Part shown: piece after piece, positions 20,095-29,468 of the stretch
How positions within the stretch are numbered: the first letter of the stretch is position 1
Layout of the letters: the number at the start of each line of letters is the position of its first letter
Assembly: GCA_028707125.1 (NCBI GenBank)
Contig: JAQTUX010000001.1
Location: 977,493 to 1,041,492 of the forward strand
Length of the DNA stretch: 64,000 bases
Reading direction: 5' to 3'
From: Candidatus Omnitrophota bacterium
GTDB taxonomy: Bacteria > Omnitrophota > Gorgyraeia > Gygaellales > JAQTUX01
Program-made: the position numbers and the translations under genes
The notes under the pieces: generated by a model
Seen by the model: the letters and a program-made list of their open reading frames with translations, nothing else
The model's database searches: none
What the model was told of the DNA's origin: nothing

Positions 20095-21389
20095 GGACCT
20101 CGAAGAAAATAATTATCGCCCTGTCACTAGGCATATTTCTGGCCGCGTTCATCGTGAACATATCTGAATCGGCAGCTAGGAAAAAAGACGAGCAGAAGGA
20201 CGAGCTTTTTAAGCAGGTTGAGATGTTCGCCGAGTCGTTAGGAATAATAAAGAAGGAATACACGGAAGAGCCGGATACAAAGAAACTGATCTACGGCGCG
20301 CTTCAAGGCATGCTGTCTTCCCTTGATACCCATAGCCAATTCCTTACGCCCGAAGATTACGCCGAGCTTAAGGTAGACACAACGGGAAAATTCGGAGGGC
20401 TGGGCATAGAGATAACGATGAAGGACGGCCTGCTTACCGTGGTTACGCCCATAGACGACACCCCCGCCTGGAAGGCGGGGATAAAGGCGGGAGACCGCAT
20501 AGTAAAGATCGACGGAGAGATCACCAAGGACATAACCTTGAGCGACGCGGTAAAGAAGTTAAGGGGCGAGCCGGGGAGCGAAGTAGCGCTTACGGTCTTA
20601 AGGGAAAATACCGCGAACCTGCTGGATTTTAAGATCGTAAGGAGCATTATAAAAGTAGAGGATATTAAAGACGCCTTGATCCTGGAGGATGGTGTTGCCT
20701 ACATACGTCTGGCGGAATTCAGGGAAAATACGCCCGCGGAGCTTGATAAGACGCTGACAAATCTACATAAGGAAGGGATGAAGAGCGTCATACTTGACCT
20801 GCGCAATAATCCCGGAGGCCTGCTTGACGCGGCGGTAAAGGTCGCGGAGCGTTTTCTTCCGGAGGGAAAGACCATCGTCTCCACAAAGGGCAGGGATGAG
20901 GCGCAGAATTCAGAGATGGTTTCAGGTAGCAGGGACTCTTATGGCATTCCCATGATCGTTCTGGTAAACGAGGGGTCGGCTTCCGGCAGCGAGATCGTGG
21001 CAGGCGCGCTTAAGGACCATAAAAGGGCGCTGATCGTAGGCGCCAAGACATTCGGCAAGGGCTCTGTCCAGACAGTCGTCCCGCTTAGCGACGGCTCCGC
21101 GCTAAAGCTTACCACAAGCTTGTATTTTACCCCTTCGGGCGAATCCATCCATAATAAAGGGGTCAGCCCTGATGTGGCTGTGGAGCAAGCAGCGCGGGAG
21201 CAGCCGGCCGCGCTGGAAGAGGAAGGCGTTAAGCCGGGTAAGGCGGAAGATATTTTTGACCAGATAGAGAAAGGGAATAAAGAACAGCAGGATAAAAAGA
21301 CAGTCATTGATTACAAGCTGGATAATCAGCTTATGCGCTCCGTTGATATACTTAAGGCGATCTCTATATATGAAGAAAAAAAATTATAA
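20091..21389 (+). CDS. ctpA: Carboxyl-terminal processing protease (S41 family, PDZ-containing)
   Basis: N-terminal signal anchor, a PDZ (GLGIEITMKDG...GDRIVKIDGE) and an S41 domain (NEGSASGSEIVAGALKD...GSVQ). TTG start with a GGAG RBS. Confidence 0.8.
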   Translation: MRTSKKIIIALSLGIFLAAFIVNISESAARKKDEQKDELFKQVEMFAESLGIIKKEYTEEPDTKKLIYGALQGMLSSLDTHSQFLTPEDYAELKVDTTGKFGGLGIEITMKDGLLTVVTPIDDTPAWKAGIKAGDRIVKIDGEITKDITLSDAVKKLRGEPGSEVALTVLRENTANLLDFKIVRSIIKVEDIKDALILEDGVAYIRLAEFRENTPAELDKTLTNLHKEGMKSVILDLRNNPGGLLDAAVKVAERFLPEGKTIVSTKGRDEAQNSEMVSGSRDSYGIPMIVLVNEGSASGSEIVAGALKDHKRALIVGAKTFGKGSVQTVVPLSDGSALKLTTSLYFTPSGESIHNKGVSPDVAVEQAAREQPAALEEEGVKPGKAEDIFDQIEKGNKEQQDKKTVIDYKLDNQLMRSVDILKAISIYEEKKL

Positions 21390-22185
21390 GCTTATAATAT
21401 TGATCCTTGCCATTGTTACGGCCGGGCAAGGGGTTTTTATCTGGAAGAGGTCGATTCCCAGGACGCCAAGGATGCCGCGTGTCTCCAGGAAAGAGGCCGC
21501 GCCAAAGGCGCTGATCGCCATTGTCATAGATGATTGGGGGTATAATCTTAATAACACGGAATTCATAAAGGAGACAAAAGAGCCCTTCTCTGTTTCTATC
21601 TTGCCCAATCTCCCTTTCTCAAAGACAATTTCGGAGGCCGCGTACAATAACGATAAGGAGATCCTGCTGCATCTGCCGCTTGAACCGCATAACGAGGAGA
21701 CGCTGGGCCTGGAGAAGAATACCATATTGACCACGATGAGCGAAAAGGAGGTCAGGGATATACTACGGGTAGCGCTTGAAGATATTTCTCACGCCAGGGG
21801 CGTATCCAATCATATGGGCTCCAAGGCCACTGAGGACGTGGACCTTATGAAGACGATATTTAACGAGATGAAAAGGAACGGCCTTTATTTTCTGGACAGC
21901 CTGGTCTCTCCCAATTCGGTTTGTTTTGACCTGGCCCATAAGATGGACGTGAAGTTTGCCAAGAGGAGCGTATTCCTGGACAATAAGGAAAACCCGGACT
22001 ATATCATAGGCCAGATAGGCAAACTCGTTAATAAGGCGAAGGTTTTCGGTTACGCCATAGGCATAGGCCATGACAGGCATTCTACCCTGGCCGTGCTTAA
22101 GAAGTACCTGCCGAAACTTACGGAGAGCGGATACAAGCTGGTTACGGTCTCCGAGCTTATAGAATATGCTGACTCTGGGGATTGA
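21370..22185 (+). CDS. Divergent polysaccharide deacetylase family protein (YibQ-like)
   Basis: N-terminal TM, then ALIAIVIDDWGYN...HLPLEP...GVSNHMGSKAT, the PF04748-type motifs. Confidence 0.65.
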   Translation: MKKKNYKLIILILAIVTAGQGVFIWKRSIPRTPRMPRVSRKEAAPKALIAIVIDDWGYNLNNTEFIKETKEPFSVSILPNLPFSKTISEAAYNNDKEILLHLPLEPHNEETLGLEKNTILTTMSEKEVRDILRVALEDISHARGVSNHMGSKATEDVDLMKTIFNEMKRNGLYFLDSLVSPNSVCFDLAHKMDVKFAKRSVFLDNKENPDYIIGQIGKLVNKAKVFGYAIGIGHDRHSTLAVLKKYLPKLTESGYKLVTVSELIEYADSGD

Positions 22186-23137
22186 GACCTCCTGTGACGA
22201 GACCTCCGTTGCCGTCGTAAGGAGCGGTAAGGACGTTCTTTCAAACATAGTTTCTTCCAGTTTACCTCTTCATAAGAGATACGGCGGCGTTGTCCCGGAG
22301 ATAGCCAGCCGCCATCATCTTGAGGCGATCGCCCCGGTTTTCAAGGCGGCTTTGGATACGGCCGGTTGCGATCTGGGCCAAATAGGCGCTGTATGCGCTA
22401 CTTTCGGCCCGGGGCTGGCAGGTTCGCTTTTGGTCGGAACTTCTTTCGCGCGCGCGCTGGCGTTTTGCCGCGGGGTTCCATTAGTAAAGGTAGATCACGT
22501 TCATTCGCATATATATGCCGCCTGTTTAGGCAGGAAATTACCTATGGTTTTTCCTTTTATTGGTTTCGTGGCTTCGGGAGGGCACACGGATATCTTTTTT
22601 GTGCGGGATTTCAATAGAATGGAATTGATGGGTTCCACGCTGGACGACGCCGTGGGAGAATCGTTTGATAAGGTTGGCAGGATCCTGGGGCTGGGTTATC
22701 CCGGCGGGCCGGAGATCGAAAAACTTGCCTCGCGAGGCGATCCCGGTAAAATAAGATTTTCCTGCGCGAATATGAAAGGGACGCTCAACTTCAGCTTCAG
22801 CGGCATAAAAACCGCGGTATTGTATTACACAAAGGGAAGGAAGATCAGCCGGGCGCTTAAAGCGGATATCTGCGCCTCTTTTCAGAAGGCGGTGGCAGGC
22901 GTGCTTATAGATAAGGTGTTATCGGCCTGCAGGGCGAAAAGCGCCGGCCGTTTGTTTGTGGGGGGCGGGGTGATGTCAAACAGTTATTTACGCCATAAAC
23001 TAAGCGGGGCTTGCCATAGTAACGGCATAGAAATGTTCATGCCGGATAAGGAATATTGTCTTGATAACGCGGCAATGGCCGCGGGTCTGGGGTTTCAACT
23101 CTTAAAATCGCGAGGTGGTCATGTTAAGCCAGGGTGA
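22166..23137 (+). CDS. tsaD: tRNA N6-adenosine threonylcarbamoyltransferase TsaD
   Basis: MLTLGIETSCDETSVAVV...HHLEA... is the Kae1/TsaD family. Confidence 0.9.
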   Translation: MLTLGIETSCDETSVAVVRSGKDVLSNIVSSSLPLHKRYGGVVPEIASRHHLEAIAPVFKAALDTAGCDLGQIGAVCATFGPGLAGSLLVGTSFARALAFCRGVPLVKVDHVHSHIYAACLGRKLPMVFPFIGFVASGGHTDIFFVRDFNRMELMGSTLDDAVGESFDKVGRILGLGYPGGPEIEKLASRGDPGKIRFSCANMKGTLNFSFSGIKTAVLYYTKGRKISRALKADICASFQKAVAGVLIDKVLSACRAKSAGRLFVGGGVMSNSYLRHKLSGACHSNGIEMFMPDKEYCLDNAAMAAGLGFQLLKSRGGHVKPG

Positions 23138-23552
23138 TATTATGTTGAGGTTGGTATTGGCCGTGCTGTTCAGCGGGGCCATAGGGTTTGAAAGGCAGAT
23201 ACGGCACAGGGGCGCCGGGCTTCGCACGCATATATTAGTGTGCCTGGGCTCAACCCTGATAATGTTGACATCAATATACGTTTTTGATATATATAGAGGT
23301 GAGGCGGCGATAGATCCCGCGAGGATCGCCGCGGGCGTAGTCACAGGCATAGGTTTTCTCTGCGCCGGAACCATCATAAGATCCGGAGAGGCGATACGGG
23401 GATTGACTACGGCGACGAGCCTGTGGCTGGTTGCCGCGGTCGGCCTGGCCATCGGCATAGGATTTTACAGCGCCGCGTTCATGGCCACTGTTTTGGCTTT
23501 AGCCGTCCTTATGATGCTTCGCCGTTTTGAAGACAGGGTTTTTAGCAGATAA
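23121..23552 (+). CDS. MgtC/SapB family membrane protein
   Basis: LRLVLAVLFSGAIGFERQ...GLRTHILV...GIGFLCAG...GLTTAASLW is the MgtC signature. Confidence 0.7.
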   Translation: MLSQGDIMLRLVLAVLFSGAIGFERQIRHRGAGLRTHILVCLGSTLIMLTSIYVFDIYRGEAAIDPARIAAGVVTGIGFLCAGTIIRSGEAIRGLTTATSLWLVAAVGLAIGIGFYSAAFMATVLALAVLMMLRRFEDRVFSR

Positions 23553-23574
23553 ACCATTGAAGGAGGTGGTAAAG

Positions 23575-24075
23575 ATGCCCCTCAGAAGAAAAGCGTTGGA
23601 GGAAAAGGTTCTTGACGTAGATGCCAGTATGCAGGGCGCGCTGATCTTTAAGGATTCGGTTAACCTGCGCATCAACGGAAAATTTGAAGGCACGCTTGAA
23701 ACCAGAGGCAGCCTTACGTTAGGGCAGACCTCATATGTTAACGCCGCCATAACGGGAGACGAGATCGTCGTTGCCGGCCGCGTTAACGGTAAGATCACCG
23801 CCAGGGTAAAGCTTACCCTGCTTTCCAGCGCGATAGTGCAGGGCGAGATCATGCCTTCCAAGTTGGTGATAAACGACGGGGCGCTGTTTGAGGGCACCTG
23901 CCGTATGCTGCAGGATTATTTTAACGCGGAGGAGCTTGCCCGTTACCTGGAGGTTGACATTAATTCCGTTATGGAATGGGCGGATTCCGGAAAGGTCCCG
24001 GGCAATAAGGAGTCCGAAGGGTGGAAGTTTGAGCGCAAGGCAGTTGATGAGTGGATAGCTTCAGGGAGGATCTAG
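23575..24075 (+). CDS. Bactofilin (DUF583 beta-helix) fused to a C-terminal excisionase-family HTH (HTH_17) domain
   Basis: Strong RBS GAAGGAGGTG. Residues ~20-120 show bactofilin-like repeats (VNLRINGKFEGTLETRGSLTLGQTSYVNAAITGDEIVVAGRVNGKITARVKLTLLSSAIVQGEI). The C-terminus EELARYLEVDINSVMEWADSGKVPGNK...WKFERKAVDEWI resembles excisionase/MerR-type HTH. Confidence 0.6.
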   Translation: MPLRRKALEEKVLDVDASMQGALIFKDSVNLRINGKFEGTLETRGSLTLGQTSYVNAAITGDEIVVAGRVNGKITARVKLTLLSSAIVQGEIMPSKLVINDGALFEGTCRMLQDYFNAEELARYLEVDINSVMEWADSGKVPGNKESEGWKFERKAVDEWIASGRI

Positions 24076-24080
24076 ATCAG

Positions 24081-24383
24081 ATGTCGGAGAAATTGTTGAC
24101 CATCAGGGAGGTGTCGCACCTTCTGGAGATCTCGGAAAAAGAAGTGGTGGACCTGGCTGAGCAGGGCAAGATACCGGCTTACAAAGTCGGCGGTTTGTAC
24201 CTGCGTTTTAAGAAAGATCAGATAGATGAGATCAGGCACAGGTTCGTGCCTGACAGCGCGGCCGCGAGGATGAAGTATACGCCTTTTGAGCGCGCCCGCG
24301 ACTTTCTGGTGTATAACGATTTCTATATTGTCTCAGCCACGGTCATATTGGCCATAGTTTATATTATTTTTAAAGGGATTTAA
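24081..24383 (+). CDS. Excisionase-family HTH (HTH_17) protein with a C-terminal transmembrane helix
   Basis: MSEKLLTIREVSHLLEISEKEVVDLAEQGKIPAYKVGGLYLRFKKDQIDE (TIGR01764-like), then a hydrophobic tail FYIVSATVILAIVYIIF. Confidence 0.6.
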   Translation: MSEKLLTIREVSHLLEISEKEVVDLAEQGKIPAYKVGGLYLRFKKDQIDEIRHRFVPDSAAARMKYTPFERARDFLVYNDFYIVSATVILAIVYIIFKGI

Positions 24384-24388
24384 TTTAA

Positions 24389-25054
24389 GTGAAGTCAGAT
24401 AAGCCGGGCTTCCGCGATATAGGGTTTGCCAAGGTTGACATAGACAGGCACAGGCGAAGAGGTTTTCCGGAGGTGATTTTCTGCCAGGGCAAGACAGCCG
24501 GGCAGATAAAGGCGATAGCCGAAGAGATCCTGCGCGATAAACAGCCGCTGCTGCTTACCAGGATCGCCGAAGATACCTTTGTTTATCTTAAGAGGCAATT
24601 CCCCAAACTCAATTATAACAAAGAAGCAAGGGCCGCTTATTATATAGCTGTAAAAAAGAAGAAGCGCGGGCCTGCCGTAATAGTGACCGCGGGCACATCT
24701 GATATCCCTGTCGCCGAAGAGGCGCGCGTTACGCTTGAACTCAGCGGTGTCAAGGCCAAGAGGATTTATGACTGCGGAGTAGCAGGGCTGCACAGGATAA
24801 GACCCTATATAGGGTCTTTGCGCCGGGCAAAGGTCATAATAGTCGTCGCGGGCATGGAAGGGGCGTTGGCGAGCATAGTTTCAGGGATGGTTTCCTGTCC
24901 GGTCATCGCCGTGCCTACCAGCGTGGGTTATGGTTCAAGTTTTAAAGGGCTCTCCGCGTTGCTTACAATGCTTAACAGCTGCTCTCCCGGAGTCGCGGTG
25001 ATGAATATTGATAACGGTTTCGGCGCCGGATACTTCGCCGGCCTTATAGCATGA
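24389..25054 (+). CDS. larB: LarB-like (PurE-related) nickel-pincer nucleotide cofactor biosynthesis carboxylase
   Basis: GFAKVDIDRHRRRGFPEVIF..GKT...VTAGTSDIPVAEEA...VVAGMEGALASIVSGMVSCPVIAVPTSVGYGSSFKGLSALLTMLNSC...NIDNGFGAG matches LarB family motifs throughout. GTG start. Confidence 0.7.
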   Translation: MKSDKPGFRDIGFAKVDIDRHRRRGFPEVIFCQGKTAGQIKAIAEEILRDKQPLLLTRIAEDTFVYLKRQFPKLNYNKEARAAYYIAVKKKKRGPAVIVTAGTSDIPVAEEARVTLELSGVKAKRIYDCGVAGLHRIRPYIGSLRRAKVIIVVAGMEGALASIVSGMVSCPVIAVPTSVGYGSSFKGLSALLTMLNSCSPGVAVMNIDNGFGAGYFAGLIA

Positions 25055-25458
25055 ATAAAGCCACGCTGAGAGAAGCGGTAAGATTCCACGGCCACCTTGG
25101 GCCGTGGCTTGTTTTGGGGCTTTTGATGGGGCCGTACGCCTTGAAGAAAATACGCGCCGGGAAATATTTCAAATTGCGCGTTAAGGTGTGGGGGGCCGGC
25201 GAAAGACCGAAATCCTGCTTAATTGACGGGCTTCAGCTTTCTACGGGCGCAACTTACGGCAAGGGGAACATAGAGAAGCTGAAAGGGCCCAGGGTCAGGG
25301 TCTTATTCCATAATCTGGAAAACAATAAAAAGGCCCTGATATATCTGAAGAAGGGCCTAGCCGGCGCGCTGGAAGATTTAAAAAGCCACAGGGATTCCGA
25401 AAGATTCGCGATGAAATTATGCGAGATCAAACCATCAATGATTTTTACAGATAATTAA
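25051..25458 (+). CDS. FmdE-domain-like protein (FHGH motif)
   Basis: 135 aa reading TLREAVRFHGHLGPWLVLG... resembles the N-terminal FmdE/FwdE domain (PF02663) but lacks the full CxxC set. Confidence 0.45.
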   Translation: MNKATLREAVRFHGHLGPWLVLGLLMGPYALKKIRAGKYFKLRVKVWGAGERPKSCLIDGLQLSTGATYGKGNIEKLKGPRVRVLFHNLENNKKALIYLKKGLAGALEDLKSHRDSERFAMKLCEIKPSMIFTDN

Positions 25459-25469
25459 GAAGGAGCGTA

Positions 25470-26807
25470 ATGGCATTATCAGGTTTAGACATCTACAAAT
25501 TATTGCCTAAGACGAACTGCAGGAAATGCGGCTTTGCTACCTGCCTTGCCTTTGCCATGCAGTTGGCGAAGAAGGCGGTTACCCTGGATAAATGCCCGGA
25601 CCTTACGCGGGAGGCAAAGGATGCTCTTCAGGCCCAGGCAATGCCGCCTATCCGGCTTATCGCCATAGGAGGAGAGGGTAATAAGCTTGAAGTAGGCAAT
25701 GAAACGGTGATGTTCCGCCATGAGGAGAAATTTCACCGCCCCGCAGGCATCGGTTTTATCATAGACGACGACCTTAGCGAGGCGGCTATTGAAGACAGGA
25801 TCAGGGCAGCGGGAAATTTGCGCTTTGAGCGTATCGGAGAGGCGCTGAATTTGAACATTATCGCCGTAAGGCAGAAGAAAAACAGGAGCGCTTTTGTTAA
25901 TGCCGTAAAAAAGGTGTGCTCTTCTTCGGATCTTCCTTTGGCGCTGATGAGCAATGATGAAGCGGCCCTGCGGGATGCCCTGTCTTTGCTTAAGGATAAG
26001 AGGCCGCTTATATTCAAGGCGGACAAAGAAAACATTGAGCAACTCTCATCGCTTGCCGCGGAATTCAAGGCGCCTCTGGTTGTGAGCGCGCAAAACCCTG
26101 AAGAGTTATCCCTGCTGGCTAAACAGGCCGCTTCCAAGGGCGTCAATGACATCGTGCTGTATCCCGACAGCCGGACAGTAAAGAAAAGATTGTGGGACCT
26201 GACCCAGATAAGGAGGCAGGCGCTGAAAAAGAACAACAGGGCCCTTGGCTATCCCACGCTGACTGTCGTTGATGAGGAGGACGCGTTCCTTGAAGCGATC
26301 ACGGCGTCTGTTTTCATATTAAAGTATTCCAGCATAGTCCTGCTAGGTAATTTTCATTCATGGGAGATACTGGCTCTGCTTACCTTAAGACAGAATATCT
26401 TCACCGACCCCCAGAAGCCGCTGCAGGTGGCGCCCAAACTTTATGAGATCGGACAGGTTGACGCCGATTCTCCGCTCATCGTTACCACGAATTTTTCGCT
26501 GACCTATTATACCGTGCTTACTGAGGTAGAGGCCAGCAAGGTGCCTTCCTATATACTTAGCGTGGATACCGAAGGGATGTCCGTGCTCACTGCCTGGGCA
26601 GCGGAGAAATTTACTTCGGAAAGCATTGCCAAGGCGTTGAATGATGACTCCGTTAAAAGCAAGGCTTCCCGTAAGGAGGTCATACTTCCGGGTTACGTCG
26701 CGGTATTGAGCGGGAAACTGGAAGAGGACTCAGGATGGAAGGTGCGCGTAGGGCCTAAAGAGGCGTCAGGGCTTCCCGCATTTTTGAAGGCGTTAAGGAA
26801 TCCATAA
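25470..26807 (+). CDS. acsC: Corrinoid iron-sulfur protein large subunit (acetyl-CoA decarbonylase/synthase gamma; AcsC/CdhE)
   Basis: N-terminal [4Fe-4S] domain MALSGLDIYKLLPKTNCRKCGFATCLAFAMQLAKKAVTLDKCPDL, a TIM-barrel middle and a C-terminal B12-binding region; 445 aa, as for AcsC. Confidence 0.85.
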   Translation: MALSGLDIYKLLPKTNCRKCGFATCLAFAMQLAKKAVTLDKCPDLTREAKDALQAQAMPPIRLIAIGGEGNKLEVGNETVMFRHEEKFHRPAGIGFIIDDDLSEAAIEDRIRAAGNLRFERIGEALNLNIIAVRQKKNRSAFVNAVKKVCSSSDLPLALMSNDEAALRDALSLLKDKRPLIFKADKENIEQLSSLAAEFKAPLVVSAQNPEELSLLAKQAASKGVNDIVLYPDSRTVKKRLWDLTQIRRQALKKNNRALGYPTLTVVDEEDAFLEAITASVFILKYSSIVLLGNFHSWEILALLTLRQNIFTDPQKPLQVAPKLYEIGQVDADSPLIVTTNFSLTYYTVLTEVEASKVPSYILSVDTEGMSVLTAWAAEKFTSESIAKALNDDSVKSKASRKEVILPGYVAVLSGKLEEDSGWKVRVGPKEASGLPAFLKALRNP

Positions 26808-26809
26808 TA

Positions 26810-28714
26810 ATGAACAAAGATACTTATACGATCACATTTTTTCATCCCGGCGCCACGAAGATAGAGGTGCATAAAGGCAGGGATATTTTATCTGCCGCGC
26901 TGGCAGCGGGCATATACATTAACTCAAGCTGCGCCGGAGACGGCGTATGCGGCCGCTGCAAGGTGATCATTAAAAAAGGCGAAATAACCACGGAGCCGTC
27001 CGGACGCGTCTCCATGGAAGAGAGGCATAAAGGATATGTGCTTGCCTGTCAGACAACCGTGCATAGCGACGTAGAAGTAGAAGTGCCTGCCGGATCAATG
27101 CTGGACCTGGACAGCGTTTCTGAAGAAGACGAAAGATTCTTGCGCCTGAAAGGGCTGTACAGCCAGGCAGAGGATGTGGATAAGGCGGAAGGCGTGATCA
27201 AGGAGAAACTATTCGCGCATAGCCCGCTGGCAACCAAGGTTTATCTTAAGATGCCCGCGCCGACGTTTAATGACACGGCCAGCGATTTAGAGAGATTATA
27301 CAGAGAACTCAGAAAAAAGAAAGACATACCTGTATTACAGAGCGGCCTGACCAACATTAAGCGCCTGGGTATGCTGTTAAGGGAGAGCGGCTTTAAGGTT
27401 ACAGCGCTTTTAGGGGAGAGGAACGGGACCGTAGAGGTCATTTCTCTGGAGTCAGGCGATACGTCCAGGGATAATTACGGCGTTGCCTTTGATATCGGCA
27501 CTACCACTATTACCGGCCAGCTGGTGGATCTTAATACCAGGAAAATATTGGGCACAAAGGGGACCTACAATAAACAGGCCGCTTTCGGCAGCGATGTCAT
27601 TACGCGCATTATTTACGCGGCAGAGGAAGGCGGACTGGAAAAGCTGCATCACGCGGTGATCGATAATATCAATTCCATAATCCAGGAATTGGTAAAAGAA
27701 GGCGGCGTTGAGTTGAGCGATGTAAATGCCGTGATGTGCGCGGGCAATACCACTATGATACATCTGCTCCTGCGGGTCGATCCCGCGTTTATCAGGAAGG
27801 AGCCCTATGTCGCCACTGCCAATTTTATGCCGGTGATCAGGGCGGCAGAGGCAGGGATAAAGATAAATCCCAGGGGCCTGCTTGCCTCTATGCCCGGGGT
27901 AACTACGTATGTGGGCGGCGATATAACAGCCGGCGTGCTGGCAAGCGGGATCAACAGGTCCGACAAACTAAGTATGCTGATAGATATAGGCACAAACGGC
28001 GAGATAGCCCTGGGGAATAAGGACTGGCTGGTTTCTTGCGCCGCTTCCGCCGGCCCGGCCTTTGAGGGCAGCGGAGTCAAGTACGGCATGAGAGCGGCCA
28101 AAGGCGCGATCCAACGAGTGGATATATCGGCATCGGGAAAGGCCAGGGTTGAAACCATAGGGAATGCCAGGCCCAGAGGCATATGCGGTTCGGGTTATAT
28201 TGACTGCCTGGCGGAATTGTTTAAGAAGGGCCTGATAGACAAAAACGGCAAATTCCGCGATGACAGTGAGGAATTTATCCTGGTTCCCCGGAAGGAAGCC
28301 GATACGGAATACGATATCACAATTACGGAAGCGGACATTGAGAATCTCAAGCGTTCCAAAGGGGCGATCTACGCCGCGGCAACGGTATTGCTGAAGAAAA
28401 TGGACCTGGATTTCAACGATATTGAACGCTTTTATATCGCCGGAGGTTTCGGCACATATCTGGATATAGATAAGGCCGTGGCGATCGGCATGCTTCCCGA
28501 TTTAAATAGAAAGAAATTTTCATTCATAGGCAATAGTTCTCTCGTAGGCGCGCGGGAGGGGCTGCTTTCTTACGAAGCTAAAACAGAGGCGGAAGAGATC
28601 GCGAGGAAAATGACCTATATTGAATTAAGCATAGAGCCGGCATATATGGATGAATATGTGGCGGCTTTGTTCTTTCCGCATACGGACTTGAACAGGTTCC
28701 CCAGCGTAAAGTAA
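26810..28714 (+). CDS. Reductive activator of CoFeSP (RACo): [2Fe-2S] ferredoxin plus ASKHA ATPase
   Basis: N-terminal plant-type ferredoxin (SSCAGDGVCGRCKV...LACQT), a linker, and a C-terminal ASKHA domain (FDIGTTTITGQLVD...); about 630 aa, matching RACo architecture. Confidence 0.75.
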   Translation: MNKDTYTITFFHPGATKIEVHKGRDILSAALAAGIYINSSCAGDGVCGRCKVIIKKGEITTEPSGRVSMEERHKGYVLACQTTVHSDVEVEVPAGSMLDLDSVSEEDERFLRLKGLYSQAEDVDKAEGVIKEKLFAHSPLATKVYLKMPAPTFNDTASDLERLYRELRKKKDIPVLQSGLTNIKRLGMLLRESGFKVTALLGERNGTVEVISLESGDTSRDNYGVAFDIGTTTITGQLVDLNTRKILGTKGTYNKQAAFGSDVITRIIYAAEEGGLEKLHHAVIDNINSIIQELVKEGGVELSDVNAVMCAGNTTMIHLLLRVDPAFIRKEPYVATANFMPVIRAAEAGIKINPRGLLASMPGVTTYVGGDITAGVLASGINRSDKLSMLIDIGTNGEIALGNKDWLVSCAASAGPAFEGSGVKYGMRAAKGAIQRVDISASGKARVETIGNARPRGICGSGYIDCLAELFKKGLIDKNGKFRDDSEEFILVPRKEADTEYDITITEADIENLKRSKGAIYAAATVLLKKMDLDFNDIERFYIAGGFGTYLDIDKAVAIGMLPDLNRKKFSFIGNSSLVGAREGLLSYEAKTEAEEIARKMTYIELSIEPAYMDEYVAALFFPHTDLNRFPSVK

Positions 28715-28718
28715 GGAT

Positions 28719-29468
28719 ATGGGTTATATAATCGCAGTTGCGGGCAAGGGCGGAACAGGCAAGACCACGATAGCGTCGCTGCTGGTCCGGCTCCTTAAGG
28801 ACGCGGGCAAAACTTCCATTATCGCTATTGACGCCGACCCGAATTCCAATTTAGGCGATGCCCTGGGCGTTGAAGTAAAGGAGAGTATCGGCAGCATCCT
28901 GGACGATGTGGCAAAAGACCCGCGCCAGATCCCGGCGGGCACTACAAAAGACAGGTTTTTAGAATACAGGATCCAGGATTCCGTTGTTGAGGCGGATGGC
29001 TTTGACCTGCTTAGCATGGGCAGGCCTGAAGGCCCCGGCTGTTACTGTTTCGTGAATAATCTGCTGCGCGCGATGATCGCGCGGCTGGCGTCGGCTTATA
29101 AGTACGTGATCATAGATAATGAGGCGGGGTTTGAGCATTTGTCGCGGCGCACAATGCGCAGCGCCGACGTGCTTCTCATAGTTTCCGACCCATCTTCTGC
29201 CGGATTACGCGCCGCAGCAAGGATAGATAAACTATCGCGGGAATTGGATATCGCCATAAAAAGAAGGGTGCTTGTGATAAACCGCGTTAGCGGCTCAACA
29301 GCGGATACCGGCATTATACAGAAGTCAGGCATTGAGATGCTTGGCAGCATAGCCGATGATAAGGCCGTAAACGACATATCCGTCAGCGGCGGCTCGGCCT
29401 TTTCGTTGAGCGGCGCGTCGCCGGCATACCGGCAATTGAAAAAGATCGGAGAGAAAATATGGGCTTAG
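28719..29468 (+). CDS. cooC: CooC/AcsF-type Ni-insertion ATPase (CO dehydrogenase/ACS maturation factor)
   Basis: MinD/ParA-type Walker A (AVAGKGGTGKTT) plus the CooC-specific GPGCYC (CxC) metal-binding motif. Confidence 0.8.
   Translation: MGYIIAVAGKGGTGKTTIASLLVRLLKDAGKTSIIAIDADPNSNLGDALGVEVKESIGSILDDVAKDPRQIPAGTTKDRFLEYRIQDSVVEADGFDLLSMGRPEGPGCYCFVNNLLRAMIARLASAYKYVIIDNEAGFEHLSRRTMRSADVLLIVSDPSSAGLRAAARIDKLSRELDIAIKRRVLVINRVSGSTADTGIIQKSGIEMLGSIADDKAVNDISVSGGSAFSLSGASPAYRQLKKIGEKIWA

Noticed and set aside
22366-22617. ORF 22366..22617 (+), 83 aa
   Set aside because: Alternative frame inside tsaD with an Arg/Phe-rich nonsense composition.
27736-28020. ORF 27736..28020 (+), 94 aa, Arg/Gly-rich
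   Set aside because: Alternative frame within the RACo gene.
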